Origin: Bdellovibrionales bacterium
Lineage (GTDB): Bacteria > Bdellovibrionota > Bdellovibrionia > Bdellovibrionales > UBA1609
DNA length: 64,000 nucleotides
Direction: 5' to 3'
Assembly (NCBI GenBank): GCA_965261545.1
Contig: CBDHDF010000002.1
Span: 736,001 to 800,000, forward strand
The notes below the pieces were generated by a model. It worked only from the letters and a program-made list of their open reading frames with translations, was not told the origin of the DNA and did no database searches. Positions 50,330 to 58,618 of this stretch are shown here, one piece after another (position 1 is the first letter of the stretch; every line of letters starts with the position of its first letter). Both the position numbers and the translations under genes were made by a program.

Positions 50330-52186
50330 GTGCCGCCAAAGCAAAAAATGAAAGGAGATCAAAAAATGAAAGGAATGAAACCCATAAGGTCCATGAGACC
50401 TTTATTGCTTTTGTGGTTATTGTCACTGTTGATGGTTTTGCCTTCATGTGCCTTTTTGAGCAAAGAGGGCCGAGTGAGTCAAGAGGGCAAAGAGAGCCGA
50501 GAGAGTCAAGACAAAGGTCTGAATCAGAATCATACAAATCCATCAAGGGACTCTTCTGCACCTCTACCTCTATCTACATCATCTACACCAGAAGACCGTA
50601 CCGCTTCCTACAAGGCTGTGGTTCGTAAGCATGAAGAAAAGATGAGGCGAATCACCCTAAAATCGGGAGGCCGACTCCAGTTACCCCATGGATCTGGCTT
50701 CCAAGGTCATTATAGTTCCCATGGTGGCCATGGTTCCCACAGTGGACCTCGTGGATCTCGTTCTCATGGTACGAAAAGAGGTGATAATGATAAGGGTGAC
50801 AAAAGAAGGCCCTCTTCTGTGAATCTTGTAGGCCCCGATGGTGATGTGATTTTATTTTATAAAGAAAAAAGCCACCAAGGAGAAGATAAGATTGTGATCC
50901 AAGAGTGTGAAGTGGGTTCTGTTATAAATGAGGTGAGTGATTGCCAGCGGCCCGATGGTGCACTTATAAAAAAAGTCCCCGTGAGTGACTTTAAGCGTCG
51001 CCTTCAATCCGTGCTAAGAGTTAATGAGCTTCCTACCCTAAGTCCCAAAGAGGCTCGGCAGGTCAAAGCCTATAAAGAGGGCATGGAAGCTCCCAGTGTC
51101 CATGACCTCGTTCGACAAAGAGATGAGGCCAAGGAAAAGGTCTCAGGCATAGAAAAGTTCATAGACGCCTATGGAGAAGAAAATGCAGGATCTCTTATAA
51201 AAAAATTAACGGCCTTAAGAAAAAACCTTGAAGCACTTGACTCAAAAATTGACAGCAAGCAGGAGTTCGCTGATACCGTGAGTGCTCTGAACGGAGTCAT
51301 TGAGAGCTTAGTGGATGAAGTGATAGGAAGCCCTCGGATGAAGACACGTCTTTATTCAAAAGACAAAACAGGTATTGAATACAGTGTTTTGAGAGCCTAT
51401 GTGAGACCAACATTGTCTCAATATGGTTTTGTCCCCGTGTCTGTAGGTTCTTTCATCATGGGGGGTCCTAAGACTGAAAAAGGTCGAGATTCAGATGAGA
51501 CCCCTCATAAAGTAACAATTTCTAAGCCCTTTGAAATAGGCACCACAGAGGTGACTCAATGGCAGTGGTTTGTTGTGATGGGGACAAATCTTTCAAAATT
51601 CCAAGAAAAAGAGTATTGCCCAGAAAGTTATATGGAACAAGATGGAGTTTCAATGTGTGCCGATCATCCTGTGGAGAGAGTGTCTTGGGAGGACGTCCAA
51701 GAATTTATAAATGAGTACAATCGCAGGGCGAGAGAGTCCCACGGTGACAAATATGAATACCGTTTGCCTACGGAAGCGGAGTGGGAATTTGCAGCCAGGG
51801 GTGGTGCAAAAGCAGGCACAAAAACAGCCTACTCCTTTGGTGACAATCCTTCAGAACTTAAAAACTATGGTTGGTATAGGGGGAACTCTGGATCTGGCAA
51901 ACAAAGCCGACAATCAAGGTCCGTAGCATTGTTGAGCCCCAATCCCCTAGGGCTTTATGATGTTCATGGAAATGTGTGGGAATGGGTCGAAGACTGGTAT
52001 AAGAGGAAATATCCTGAAGGTCCTGTCACAGACCCTAGAGGTCCGGAAAATGGCTCTAACCGTATTGTACGTGGTGGCGGGAACGACGGCGCTCGTCGCT
52101 ACCTGCGCTCTTCCAATCGTAGCTACGATCGGCCTGATGGTCGCTGGTGCAATATCGGTTTCCGCCTTGTGAGGACGCCTATGTAA
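50330..52186 (+). CDS. Lipoprotein with coiled coil and C-terminal FGE-sulfatase (SUMF1/CLec) domain
   Basis: Lipobox LPSC; F.MG, EVTQ, PVERVSW, RLPTEAEWEFAARG, GLYDVHGNVWEW and RGG...GFRL. Start is uncertain. Confidence 0.88.
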   Translation: MPPKQKMKGDQKMKGMKPIRSMRPLLLLWLLSLLMVLPSCAFLSKEGRVSQEGKESRESQDKGLNQNHTNPSRDSSAPLPLSTSSTPEDRTASYKAVVRKHEEKMRRITLKSGGRLQLPHGSGFQGHYSSHGGHGSHSGPRGSRSHGTKRGDNDKGDKRRPSSVNLVGPDGDVILFYKEKSHQGEDKIVIQECEVGSVINEVSDCQRPDGALIKKVPVSDFKRRLQSVLRVNELPTLSPKEARQVKAYKEGMEAPSVHDLVRQRDEAKEKVSGIEKFIDAYGEENAGSLIKKLTALRKNLEALDSKIDSKQEFADTVSALNGVIESLVDEVIGSPRMKTRLYSKDKTGIEYSVLRAYVRPTLSQYGFVPVSVGSFIMGGPKTEKGRDSDETPHKVTISKPFEIGTTEVTQWQWFVVMGTNLSKFQEKEYCPESYMEQDGVSMCADHPVERVSWEDVQEFINEYNRRARESHGDKYEYRLPTEAEWEFAARGGAKAGTKTAYSFGDNPSELKNYGWYRGNSGSGKQSRQSRSVALLSPNPLGLYDVHGNVWEWVEDWYKRKYPEGPVTDPRGPENGSNRIVRGGGNDGARRYLRSSNRSYDRPDGRWCNIGFRLVRTPM

Positions 52187-52497
52187 CCCCTTTGTTAGGC
52201 GCCAATTAAAATTGGCCATTTTTAGAAGCCGTCGCCAATGAAAAACGGCCAGTTGATAATGTACTGATTTAGTTATTCTTCGTTCAGAGTTTAGTCAAGT
52301 GTCTTTATTTTGCTCATCATTTAACTCGGACTATGCCACAAGATTCTGAGGAATGATTTTCTGCCCACCACTTTTGGCATGACCCCAAATGCATCCTTCA
52401 GCCCTATGGCAGAGGTAAATGGAGTATTTTTCAGGATTCCTTGGCGCAGCTAATGTCTAAAGCTCCGCGAGAGTGACGAGCAAATAGTACGGTAAAA

Positions 52498-52595
52498 GCC
52501 AGTTATCCATAAATTTATCCATGGCGACACTGCGGCTGTGACCCCGATGTCTAGCAACGCAGTGCTGCTGTGGATAAATTTTGTGGATAACTGGC
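52498..52595. other. Long imperfect hairpin containing four DnaA-box-like motifs downstream of istB
   Basis: Arms of ~37 bp; TGTGGATAA at 52569 and 52582; TTATCCATA at 52503 and TTATCCATG at 52515. Confidence 0.7.
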
Positions 52596-52622
52596 GAGTT
52601 CCTTCCCCAAAAGTGGGGATCT

Positions 52623-53405
52623 CTAATGAACTTCTTTGGTTGAACTTTCCTCTTTGCTCTGTTTAGACTTGGCTTTTGCCGATTCGGTTCTCCAACTTTC
52701 TTTTCCTTCAATGTTGAGGGTTTCACAGTTGTGAATGATTCGATCAACAGCAGCAGCGGTGGTAATAGGGTTAAGAAACACCTTATCCCATTCAGAGTAT
52801 GTTAAGTTTGTAGTGATCATGAGACTTTTCCTTTCATATCGCTGAGATATGAATTGAAAGAAAAGATCTGCCCCCTCTGTGCAGGAAGCTGTATAGCCAA
52901 GTTCATCACAAGCAATAAGATCAAAACGGTCTAATTTCTTAAAAAGAGCATTCAATGAGAGTTCTTTCTTGCTTTCACGCATTGTTTCAATAAGTTCATG
53001 AGTGGTGACCCATAAACATCGATAGCCTTGTTCACAGAGTGAACGAACTAGGGACATGGCCAAATGACTTTTCCCCATTCCAAAGCTTCCGTAAAACACA
53101 ACATTACAGGCTTTTCTGACCCACTCTCCCTCTGCCATCCAATTAATTTGCTGAGCTGTCACTCCCGTTCTTTTCTGGAAGTTATAAGTTTGGAGTGATT
53201 TAAGTTGAGGAAGCTTGGCCCCCTTAAGCAATCTTTTCACTCTCTGGGAATGCTTGTCAGCAAGCTCATTTTGAACGAGTATACCTAAATACTGTTCATA
53301 CGTCTTTTTTGTTTTTTCGGCAACTCTAGCCGTTGCAACATATTCATCCGCCATCGCTGGAAGTCGGAGTTTTTTAAGAGAACCTATAAGTTCTTCGTGA
53401 TTCAT
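52623..53405 (-). CDS. istB: IS21 AAA+ helper ATPase IstB
   Basis: LKKLRL, GSFGMGKSHLA (Walker A), LIACDELGY, ITTNL and AAVDRIIH; ATG at 53405 with AGGAGG RBS. Confidence 0.95.
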   Translation of the reverse strand: MNHEELIGSLKKLRLPAMADEYVATARVAEKTKKTYEQYLGILVQNELADKHSQRVKRLLKGAKLPQLKSLQTYNFQKRTGVTAQQINWMAEGEWVRKACNVVFYGSFGMGKSHLAMSLVRSLCEQGYRCLWVTTHELIETMRESKKELSLNALFKKLDRFDLIACDELGYTASCTEGADLFFQFISQRYERKSLMITTNLTYSEWDKVFLNPITTAAAVDRIIHNCETLNIEGKESWRTESAKAKSKQSKEESSTKEVH

Positions 53406-53444
53406 TAAGAACCTCCTCATAGGTGTTCGTGGTTTTTTATTCTT

Positions 53445-54689
53445 TCATAGCAAGACCTTTTTAGCCATATTCATTGATGTTTTTCGCCGTCGGTAGTTTG
53501 TGTCATAAATTTCATGGGAGAATATCTTGATCTTCTCTATCAAAATATTTAAATACTTTTGAGATGAGCTTAGGAGATATTTGATAAAATCAGAGGCTAA
53601 TAAGACGGTAACCTTAGCAACTCTTTGAAACGATGTGGAGTCATTTTGTTCCTTATTGAGTTTAGTTCTTCCTATCCTCAAAACAACACTTGATGTGAGG
53701 TGAGCCGCTAATGAAGCAAGAAGAAGACTCTCTATGATATTTTGATCGTTTGAGGTGATCTGATTTGCATTCAAAGAATTCTTACAAGATTTGAAAATAA
53801 GTTCACATTGCCAACGTAAACGATAAATTGGATATATGGACTCCGCTGCCACATCTAAATTCGTGCAATACCAATGATAGCGTTTTTCGGAGGAATTCCA
53901 GAAGCCTACAATTCTCAAACTTACCCATTTACCATTGGACAAGACACTGCCTATAAATTCAACAACATCGTTTTTTTTCTTGAGTTTAATATCAGAGAAC
54001 TCTTTTCCAACATAGTAATCTGGCAAACCTTCAACAACAGCATCAATAAGAATAGAGGCATTTGACTTTACTCTAGACAAGAAAAATCCTTTAGCTTCAT
54101 GAATAGATGACAATAAGCCATAGTCCCAATATCCCAAATCAAAGATGACTAATTTTCCAACGAGTTCCTTTATATCAGGAAAGCACTTCCTATCGTTAGT
54201 GGAAGACGGAGTTAATTCGAACCAAGTCATTATACCACTGAATAAACTGAAACAAGCGTGCCATTTAATTCCTGCGTTTGTTCTTGTCCCTGGAAAATTC
54301 TCAGATGCTCCATCCCAAAGGCTTATTGTGCTTGAGTCAACAAGAAGAACGTCTGAGACTCCCAGTTGTAATAATATGGCTTTGCTCCCATGAAAAGCTC
54401 CATGAGATAGCTTTATCATGAGCATTTCAACCAGTTTACTCAGAAGCTCTTTTAATCTTTTTCTAGAGAGTCTTTCCCAGAAGCTGTGTCTTTCAATTCT
54501 TAATCCTAAATGACTTATCATAAACCTCCTAATTCCCTCTATTGAATATGTCTTAGAGTCTCCCTGGAATGACAAGACAAGAGCCACAATAAACTCAAGA
54601 GGTGGAATGGTTGCCCGAGAGTCCTTTTCAGGAATAACTTTCTTGAAACATTTTTTGATCGTTTTAAGTGTTTGAGCTTCCGTGCTCAT
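53445..54689 (-). CDS. IS4-family transposase
   Basis: VDSST, IFDLGY and the YREK motif YRLRWQCELIFKSCK. Confidence 0.93.
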   Translation of the reverse strand: MSTEAQTLKTIKKCFKKVIPEKDSRATIPPLEFIVALVLSFQGDSKTYSIEGIRRFMISHLGLRIERHSFWERLSRKRLKELLSKLVEMLMIKLSHGAFHGSKAILLQLGVSDVLLVDSSTISLWDGASENFPGTRTNAGIKWHACFSLFSGIMTWFELTPSSTNDRKCFPDIKELVGKLVIFDLGYWDYGLLSSIHEAKGFFLSRVKSNASILIDAVVEGLPDYYVGKEFSDIKLKKKNDVVEFIGSVLSNGKWVSLRIVGFWNSSEKRYHWYCTNLDVAAESIYPIYRLRWQCELIFKSCKNSLNANQITSNDQNIIESLLLASLAAHLTSSVVLRIGRTKLNKEQNDSTSFQRVAKVTVLLASDFIKYLLSSSQKYLNILIEKIKIFSHEIYDTNYRRRKTSMNMAKKVLL

Positions 54690-54794
54690 ATTTGCCCCCT
54701 GCGTTTAAAAAATAAAAATTTCCTCCAATTAATCTTGACCTATTAAGATACTAACGCGAGAATCATTAAGTCTGTAGATAACTCACTTGTATCT

Positions 54795-55259
54795 ATGCGG
54801 ATTCATTGTATTCGACAGGAGCAAAAAATAGCAATGATTTTTGGACTTTTAATATTACTTTCTTTGGGATCCTTTATATCTCTTCTTATTTCCTTATTGG
54901 TATTTGGATTTGGTTATTTACTGGCACTCATCCTCCCATTAACTCAGATGCAAGCATCTTCTTTGTTTTTTGCTTCACTCACACTTTTGGTTCTTACATG
55001 TATTTTTATGATGCTCATATCTCAATTTAAAAATCGTTACTTTCACCAGAATCTAGGAGATATTCTTTTTGATAATTTGGATGAGGATTTGGAAGATGAA
55101 AAGCAAAAAAAAATTGTAACTGAAGATATGTCTGCATCACAGCAGAAAAATGACCAAAGCGAAAAAATTGGAAGAAATCAATCCTGTCCATGCGGAAGTG
55201 GAAAGAAATTTAAATTCTGTTGTTCCCAAAAGTCCACAGTTCTTTCGTTACACAATTAA
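54795..55259 (+). CDS. Membrane protein with C-terminal SEC-C motif (IS4 passenger)
   Basis: Two to three hydrophobic helices, an acidic linker and KIGRNQSCPCGSGKKFKFCC. Confidence 0.8.
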   Translation: MRIHCIRQEQKIAMIFGLLILLSLGSFISLLISLLVFGFGYLLALILPLTQMQASSLFFASLTLLVLTCIFMMLISQFKNRYFHQNLGDILFDNLDEDLEDEKQKKIVTEDMSASQQKNDQSEKIGRNQSCPCGSGKKFKFCCSQKSTVLSLHN

Positions 55260-55327
55260 GTCTCTTAAAACACATGGCTTGTCGTGGATATCAAATGTCA
55301 ATCTGCGTCCATTTCTCAAAATACCAT

Positions 55328-56899
55328 CTATAAATATTTATAAATCGCCCACTTCCCTCTATGTAAAAAAGGAGGCTTGAAAAGTATTTCCATTAATTCG
55401 GAATTAAAATTAGAAAAAAACCACGAACACCTATGAGAACCTCCTATGTTTGGAACAAGACTGTCATATTGAGACAATCTAGGTTGAAGTGGTTTTTGTT
55501 GGTCATTCAAATTAATTTTGGTGGGATTTCCTAAGAGCAAATCTTTTATGGATTTAAAGTCGAAAATCTCACGACTTTCTAATTGAAGCTCCATGGCTGT
55601 AGATAAGTCCTGCCAACTCACATGCTGAATCAAGTTGATAACTCTTAAATATTCATGCTCGGCACGGCTTGAATCTTGTTGCTTGAGGTATTGATAAAAA
55701 TTTTCAAACACATTTGTTGGAAAAAGAATGGATCGGTGAGCCCATCTTACCATGGCTTGCGGCTTACGAACTAAAGAGGGAAGGATATGTTCAAGAAGAA
55801 GACTATGCTCCCCATCAGGTTTTCTTTGATGGCGAGCGACAATTTCTTGCTTCCCTCCTGCACGATAGATCGTGACATGATAGGGACCCTGTACGGTTTT
55901 ACAGGGAGATTGGATCACCTCATCAGGTATGGAATATGTGGTTTTACCTATTCTCAAAGTCCCATAACCATTACTTTGACAAATATTCACCTTACAGAGA
56001 ATATCTTCATCTCGTGGAGGCAAAGGCTTAAGAACTTTGGCCTCCTCCTCAAAGCGAGATTTGGTGGAGTCACTCTGATGCTGATCCATATAAGACTCTA
56101 AAAACTGATTCAAATGATCCCAGTCTTTAAAAACAATTCCTTTGTTTCTAACAATATTTTTTATCCGAGAACTGAAGGTTCGAATATCACGCTCCACATC
56201 TCCCTTGTCAGAGCCCTTCCCTGCGCGGCAGGGAAGAACCTTAAATCCATAGTATTGGATGGCTCGATCAAAAGATTGGGTGTAAATTCGCTGATTTCCT
56301 TTAAGAACTTTCTTCACACAGGGAGATAAATTATCAATACGGATGTTCGCACTCATCCCACCTATCTTTTCAAAAAAAGCATGCACCCCATCGATGAAAC
56401 ACTCATAGACAAGAAAGGGGTAGGCACGAACCCAACAGGTGCCACTACAAGGCAATGTTCCAAAATGGAGATGAACGATCTGAACACCATCGGCAAATGG
56501 TAAAGCAACCTTCTCCTTAAAATCAAACTGAGCCTGTTCTCCAGGATCATATCTTTGGCTGAAAAAACGCTCCTTGGGGCGAGAACCAAGAATCTCACAA
56601 ACTCTTCTCTGAACCGTTCTCTCACTCCCACGATAACCCTCCTCAACTAATAGCTCATATATTTCACGGGCGGTGTTACTTGGGTTCAACTTCAAAAAGT
56701 ACTTCACCCGATCCATATATCCATTAAGGGGATCTGGGCGAGTTCTTTTGGACCTCGCCTTGTACTTCGGTGGGGTGTTGGACTCACAGTACTTGCGCAC
56801 CGTCTTACGATTGATCCCTAATTCACGAGATATTTCTGTCTTATTTTTACCACTGTGACTCAGGTCACGAATGCGGCCGAAAGTGTATTGACTAATCAT
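55328..56899 (-). CDS. istA: IS21 transposase IstA (native stop displaced by the IS4 insertion)
   Basis: N-terminal HTH ISRELGINRKTVRKY, PGEQAQFDF, IDN and KGDVER. The native end NIGGS* now reads into the IS4 IR. Confidence 0.93.
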   Translation of the reverse strand: MISQYTFGRIRDLSHSGKNKTEISRELGINRKTVRKYCESNTPPKYKARSKRTRPDPLNGYMDRVKYFLKLNPSNTAREIYELLVEEGYRGSERTVQRRVCEILGSRPKERFFSQRYDPGEQAQFDFKEKVALPFADGVQIVHLHFGTLPCSGTCWVRAYPFLVYECFIDGVHAFFEKIGGMSANIRIDNLSPCVKKVLKGNQRIYTQSFDRAIQYYGFKVLPCRAGKGSDKGDVERDIRTFSSRIKNIVRNKGIVFKDWDHLNQFLESYMDQHQSDSTKSRFEEEAKVLKPLPPRDEDILCKVNICQSNGYGTLRIGKTTYSIPDEVIQSPCKTVQGPYHVTIYRAGGKQEIVARHQRKPDGEHSLLLEHILPSLVRKPQAMVRWAHRSILFPTNVFENFYQYLKQQDSSRAEHEYLRVINLIQHVSWQDLSTAMELQLESREIFDFKSIKDLLLGNPTKINLNDQQKPLQPRLSQYDSLVPNIGGSHRCSWFFSNFNSELMEILFKPPFLHRGKWAIYKYL

Positions 56900-57024
56900 A
56901 AGATCCTCCTCATTGCTAACCTTTTGAGTTGCAAAAGGGAGGAACTCTGTGAGCTTAGTATCTATATCAGAAGAAGAGACTTCATTGTCTAGTATTTGAA
57001 CACTCCCTGAAGATTGGTCACTTT

Positions 57025-57399
57025 TCATTGGCGACAACCTCCATATTGAAAGTGGGACATTTTAATTGGCGACGGCTTTAAGGGAAGCCTGTCTTCAGAA
57101 AGAAATTCCATGAAAATTGAGGCAAATGTTGGAATCTTGTGGAATTTAAATACTTTAGAAAATGGGCACAGCCTAAACAGGCTTTTCTTGACTATATATT
57201 TAACCTCATTGAAATCCAGAAACAGTCTACAAATGAGAAATATGGAACCTGAATAGGCTGTCATGGAAGGACTCTCCAACACGGAGCCCCTTTCCAGGTC
57301 GACAAGAACCCAAAAGGAGTTCTTATCAGCTCGGAGCCTTTTTATGAGTAATATCAATTGATTATATGCGTCTCGGTTGACAATGCCAAAAATCACCAT
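57025..57399 (-). CDS. Hypothetical ORF between two pairs of IS21 left-end repeats
   Basis: 124 codons with a GAGGAGG RBS; no family recognised. Confidence 0.35.
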   Translation of the reverse strand: MVIFGIVNRDAYNQLILLIKRLRADKNSFWVLVDLERGSVLESPSMTAYSGSIFLICRLFLDFNEVKYIVKKSLFRLCPFSKVFKFHKIPTFASIFMEFLSEDRLPLKPSPIKMSHFQYGGCRQ

Positions 57400-57456
57400 A
57401 GGTCCTCCTCTGAAAAGTGGCCACTTTTCATTGGCGACGGTGGGGCATTTTAATTG

Positions 57457-58104
57457 TCAGCTAACATCTGTGACAAAAGCATCGGACTTCATATGATATT
57501 CAAAGTCTTCCATTGTGAATCCATAGGACTTCACAATGTGAGCTATTTTGTCTGAATGAAGTTCAACTCGGCCATTTTCAATGAAGCAAATGGCTGTCTT
57601 GTGATAACCACAAACAAGGCTGGCTTTGCGTTGACTGAATCTTTTGAGCTTCCTTAAAACCTTTAAGACCTGAGCTTCTTTGGTGATGATCCGTTTGTTA
57701 AAGCGTCGCTCCCTATTGTTACCAATACCCCTCTTATTGTTACCAATGATCTGTGCTTTTTTGTGACAAAATCTCTTTTGAATTTGTTCACTTTTGCCCT
57801 CACGACATGACAAAAAGTCCTCGTAGGTAAGGTCATAAGCCTTCACCGTTTTTTCAATTCGGCTCCGGTGCAGGATGGCCCTCCCACTCTCAAGTTTTGC
57901 AATCGTCTTATGGTTTAAGCCCAAAAGAACACCTGCTTCTTTACGGCTTAAGTCCCGAATTTCACGCAACACCTTCAGGGTAAGTGCGTCAATCTTTCCG
58001 TCGTTTCCCATTGCTTGCCTCCTTGGGGTTAAGATTCGTAGCCCCTGTTGTGCAATCCCCTGCCTCACTGAAAAGTATCCATTTCTGCTAGGCGGGTGTT
58101 GCAA
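57457..58104 (-). pseudogene. Tandem XRE-HTH regulator, 3'-truncated by IS21
   Basis: Two HTH units (LKVLREIRDLSRKEAG; LKVLRKLKRFSQRKAS...IENGR); the last codons come from the IS21 end. Confidence 0.7.
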
Positions 58105-58343
58105 ATTTTTGTTAGAGAATTCAGTTGGTTAGGAAGAAAATGCTGCTACGATACCCTGAAAAAATGACCCTGCTACGGTCTTAGCCAAACACTTAGCCAA
58201 AATTAGCAAATGGTGGAAATTTTGGGGAATGCTGAGAAATGTCATAGAGAATGAGTGAGAGCTAACTCATTGAAACCATTTGATAGTTATTTCAAATAGT
58301 TAAGTCTGATTTCAAAAATCTGCAAAAAACCATTGCCGAATTT

Positions 58344-58618
58344 TGTGGGGAGAAAGAAGTTCTGGAGGGGACTCCAGTGGTTTTTATAAATGTCATTCAT
58401 TAAAGGAACTAGCCTTGGATCTTCAAACCTCTCATAGCCAAACAATTCTCTGACGTGGGTGAAATTTTTTTGCTCAATGTAGCAGTTGTCATTCTTTTTG
58501 TAGGGGCGAGAACGAGTGAACTTGATGTTAGATAATTGGGTGAATTGAAGGACAGGCTTGTTTAAGAACTCACTTCCTGAGTCTGAGTTCATGGCCAGTA
58601 GTTTAAAAGGTATAGCTT
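58344..58618 (-). pseudogene. Outer-IS transposase, middle fragment
   Basis: PFKLLAMNSDSGSEF...TRSRPYKKNDNCYIEQKN...NFFLPT. Confidence 0.88.

Larger units (their letters stand above)
53418..55435 (-). mobile_element. IS4-family element (2018 bp) carrying a passenger gene
   Basis: 21-bp IRs CATAGGTGTTCGTGGTTTTTT; 10-bp target duplication AGAACCTCCT at 53408..53417 and 55436..55445. Confidence 0.93.
52193..57466 (-). mobile_element. IS21-family element (contains IS4 insertion)
   Basis: TGTTAG...CTAACA ends with multiple (g/t)cgccaat(g/t)aaaa subterminal repeats; istA and istB present; no matching target duplication. Confidence 0.88.
47356..58343. mobile_element. Tyrosine-integrase integrative element (about 11 kb) inserted in the outer transposase
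   Basis: Removing it plus one TG restores CTC CCC ACA TTT AAA (LPTFK). The int and xis genes are at the left end, with TTAGC(C/A)AA arm-like repeats and IHF-like sites at both ends. Confidence 0.85.

Noticed and set aside
50685..50775. His/Gly/Ser-rich tract as a His-Xaa-Ser RiPP precursor
   Set aside because: The HxS periodicity is imperfect, the tract is inside a large lipoprotein, and no radical SAM genes are nearby.
52498..52595. DnaA-box cluster as oriC or a plasmid origin
   Set aside because: It lies inside an IS21, with no AT-rich unwinding element and no dnaA or rep gene nearby. Kept only as an IS feature.
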